This document shows, piece by piece, positions 59,741-61,670 of a stretch of 61,670 nucleotides of DNA. The DNA is from Octopus bimaculoides (Eukaryota), in assembly GCF_001194135.2 (NCBI RefSeq), contig NC_068982.1, positions 187,582,947 through 187,644,616 on the forward strand, written 5' to 3'. Each line of letters opens with the position of its first letter. Position 1 is the stretch's first letter. The translations under genes and the position numbers were made by a program. The notes under the pieces were generated by a model. It saw nothing but the letters and a program-made list of their open reading frames with translations, was not told the origin of the DNA and did not search any database.

Positions 59741-60569
59741 GTGTCTTAGTGCCTGTCTGTTCGTCCTACCGTCGCTTGACACACGGTGTTGGTGTGTGAC
59801 GAAGCGGTTTGGCAAAAGAGATCAATTGAATAAGTACCGGGCTTACACAAGAAAAAAGGTACAGGGAAAAAGTAGCGCTCAACTAAAATTCTTGAAGAGG
59901 TTCTACGAAATGGTCGCAATCTAATGACTGGAACAAGTAAAAGAGAAAAGACACCCCCTCACACACATCTATCTTTTTATCTATCTGTCTATCTCTCATA
60001 AATAATACAAACGCACACACATACACAAACAAATGTACCTATAATATGTATACACACACACATCTATTTATATATATATTATATTATTATATATAAAGAC
60101 AAACATTTAAGTACATTCCTGTCTATTTTGAGAAGATTTAGAGTTTGTTGCAGCTGTGATCTTCTTTGTGGCATTCACTAATTGTTTGTCAGAGACTACA
60201 GAGTGATTCCACAACGAAGTTAACAATGTCTGAATGATTACCCAGGAATTCTACATTGGAACAATCGTTACGGTGTTGTGTTAGTCAGAGCCGCAGAGAA
60301 AATGGCTCGCCTTATTTAATTACGTCTCTTTATTTTCTGAGTTTTAAGGCCAGCGCGATCGACCTTGTGTTTTATCCAACCTAAAGTCAATCTATGACCG
60401 TTCACGCACAATTTTTGGCCATCTTTGGTTCTATATTTTGAAATATTTAACTCGATCCTCAGTAGTAATATTAAGGTTTTATGATTTAGCTCATAGTCAC
60501 AACAATGGGTCATTGAATTCGTATTATATTTTTGTAAGCTTGAATAATGGCATTAGATGTTCATGAAAT

Positions 60570-60960
60570 CACAAAGAGAATGAGTGCTGGATGTACTCAA
60601 AACAAAACTCTAGCCAGATTCTTCGATAGCACCGTCCTATCTGCGCTGTTATATGCAAGTGAGATATGGACTACTACAATGAGGATAGAATATCAATTGG
60701 TTACGACACAAAAGGTCATAGAAAGATCCAAGCTAGGAATATCATTACAGGAGCACATTTGAAATGAGATAATTTGAGAAGGGAATGGAGTGAACGACGT
60801 GATTACAGAATACTAGAAGCACAGGTGCCGCTGGGCCGGACTTATTGCAAGGTTCACAGACAACAGGTGAACCCATGCAGTTGCCAAGTGGTATCTAAGA
60901 GATCGGAAAAGACCATTTGGAAAGGCACCAAGACGATCTAGTTAAGAAATTTGGAAAAGA
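60570..60960 (+). mobile_element. RTE LINE C-terminal fragment
   Basis: FFDSTVLSALLYASEIW, TTQKVIERSKLGISLQEHI, RWAGLIARFTDNR and WYLRDRKRPFGKAPRR. Confidence 0.8.
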
Positions 60961-61049
60961 ATGACGCAATATTTGTAAAGCAAAGATCCATATATTACTA
61001 AATAAAGACTATAATTGATTATATATGCATAATAGACAGGAAACAGTCT

Positions 61050-61670
61050 GGAAAGAGAGGGACCTGGATAGCCCCCAAACACGCATATTGTAGGACGTAT
61101 CGGTAACAGAGCCGTTCAACACAGGCTGTGATCATCGTTTGTTACAGGTGAAGATCCTGATCAACGAAATCAGAAAGATGGAGGCCCTAAACATCTCAAA
61201 TGAAAAATCAACGCATAAGGGCCTTCGTTGTAACGCAAATTGTAGGATGTTATCCAGAGGGAACTTTGTAGTCATGTTGAAGAGTTTGATGAAGACTACA
61301 ATCCACTGGTCCAGAAAATTAAAAGCTGCATGTGGAAGGCAAGAGCTTACTGGAAGCCGGCGGGAGCCTGAAGGAAGGATCTTGGAGGAGACGGAGGAAA
61401 CGTGAGCGAAATGGAAACTATGAAGAACACGACAGATCACCTCGAGTATTCTGTTCACGGCAAAGCGATCAGACAACATGAAGAAAATGGTTCCGAGAAT
61501 TATAGATTGAAGAAGCTGATTTAGGTTGCAGAGGAAAGGAAAAATATGAAAAGGCGCAGGAAAGAGCTGGTACTCTAGAGTTTAGAGGTGACGGCGCTTA
61601 AGATGAAGCACGGGTTCACAGTGACAGACAAGTTAAAATGTATCAGCCATTGCCCTAAGATTAGGATATA
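61050..61670 (+). mobile_element. RTE LINE fragment (AP-endonuclease end / linker), degenerate
   Basis: DVSVTEPFNTGCDHRLLQVKI resembles the APE C-terminal SDHR motif region; heavily frameshifted downstream. Confidence 0.55.

Overview
AT-rich, repeat-dense animal genomic DNA with many microsatellites and N-gaps. The repeat landscape suggests an octopod mollusc, which is an inference. Host genes: coding exon 1 of an ARSB-type arylsulfatase (minus strand, 1062-1334, runs off the left end), and a three-exon minus-strand gene for a 74-aa Lys/Ala/Pro-rich disordered protein (20719 to 15662). There is also a CpG-decayed tRNA-His pseudogene and a possible promoter/first exon near 46.7-47.5 kb. The rest is mobile DNA: tRNA-headed SINE families, RTE-type, HERO-type and R4/Dong-type LINE fragments, and hAT-, piggyBac- and Harbinger-like MITEs. 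The most striking signal is a set of minimal type-I hammerhead ribozymes of the Penelope-like-element (PLE) kind, from four unrelated sequence families. One family is a degenerate PLE with an inverted pseudo-LTR pair and an RT relic (53953-56430). Another is a ~340-nt non-coding element (six loci) that joins a tRNA-like Pol III head to a hammerhead, inserts with PLE-style head-to-head inversions, and may be circularly permuted like a retrozyme. Family assignments rest on motif recognition by eye; no database searches were run.
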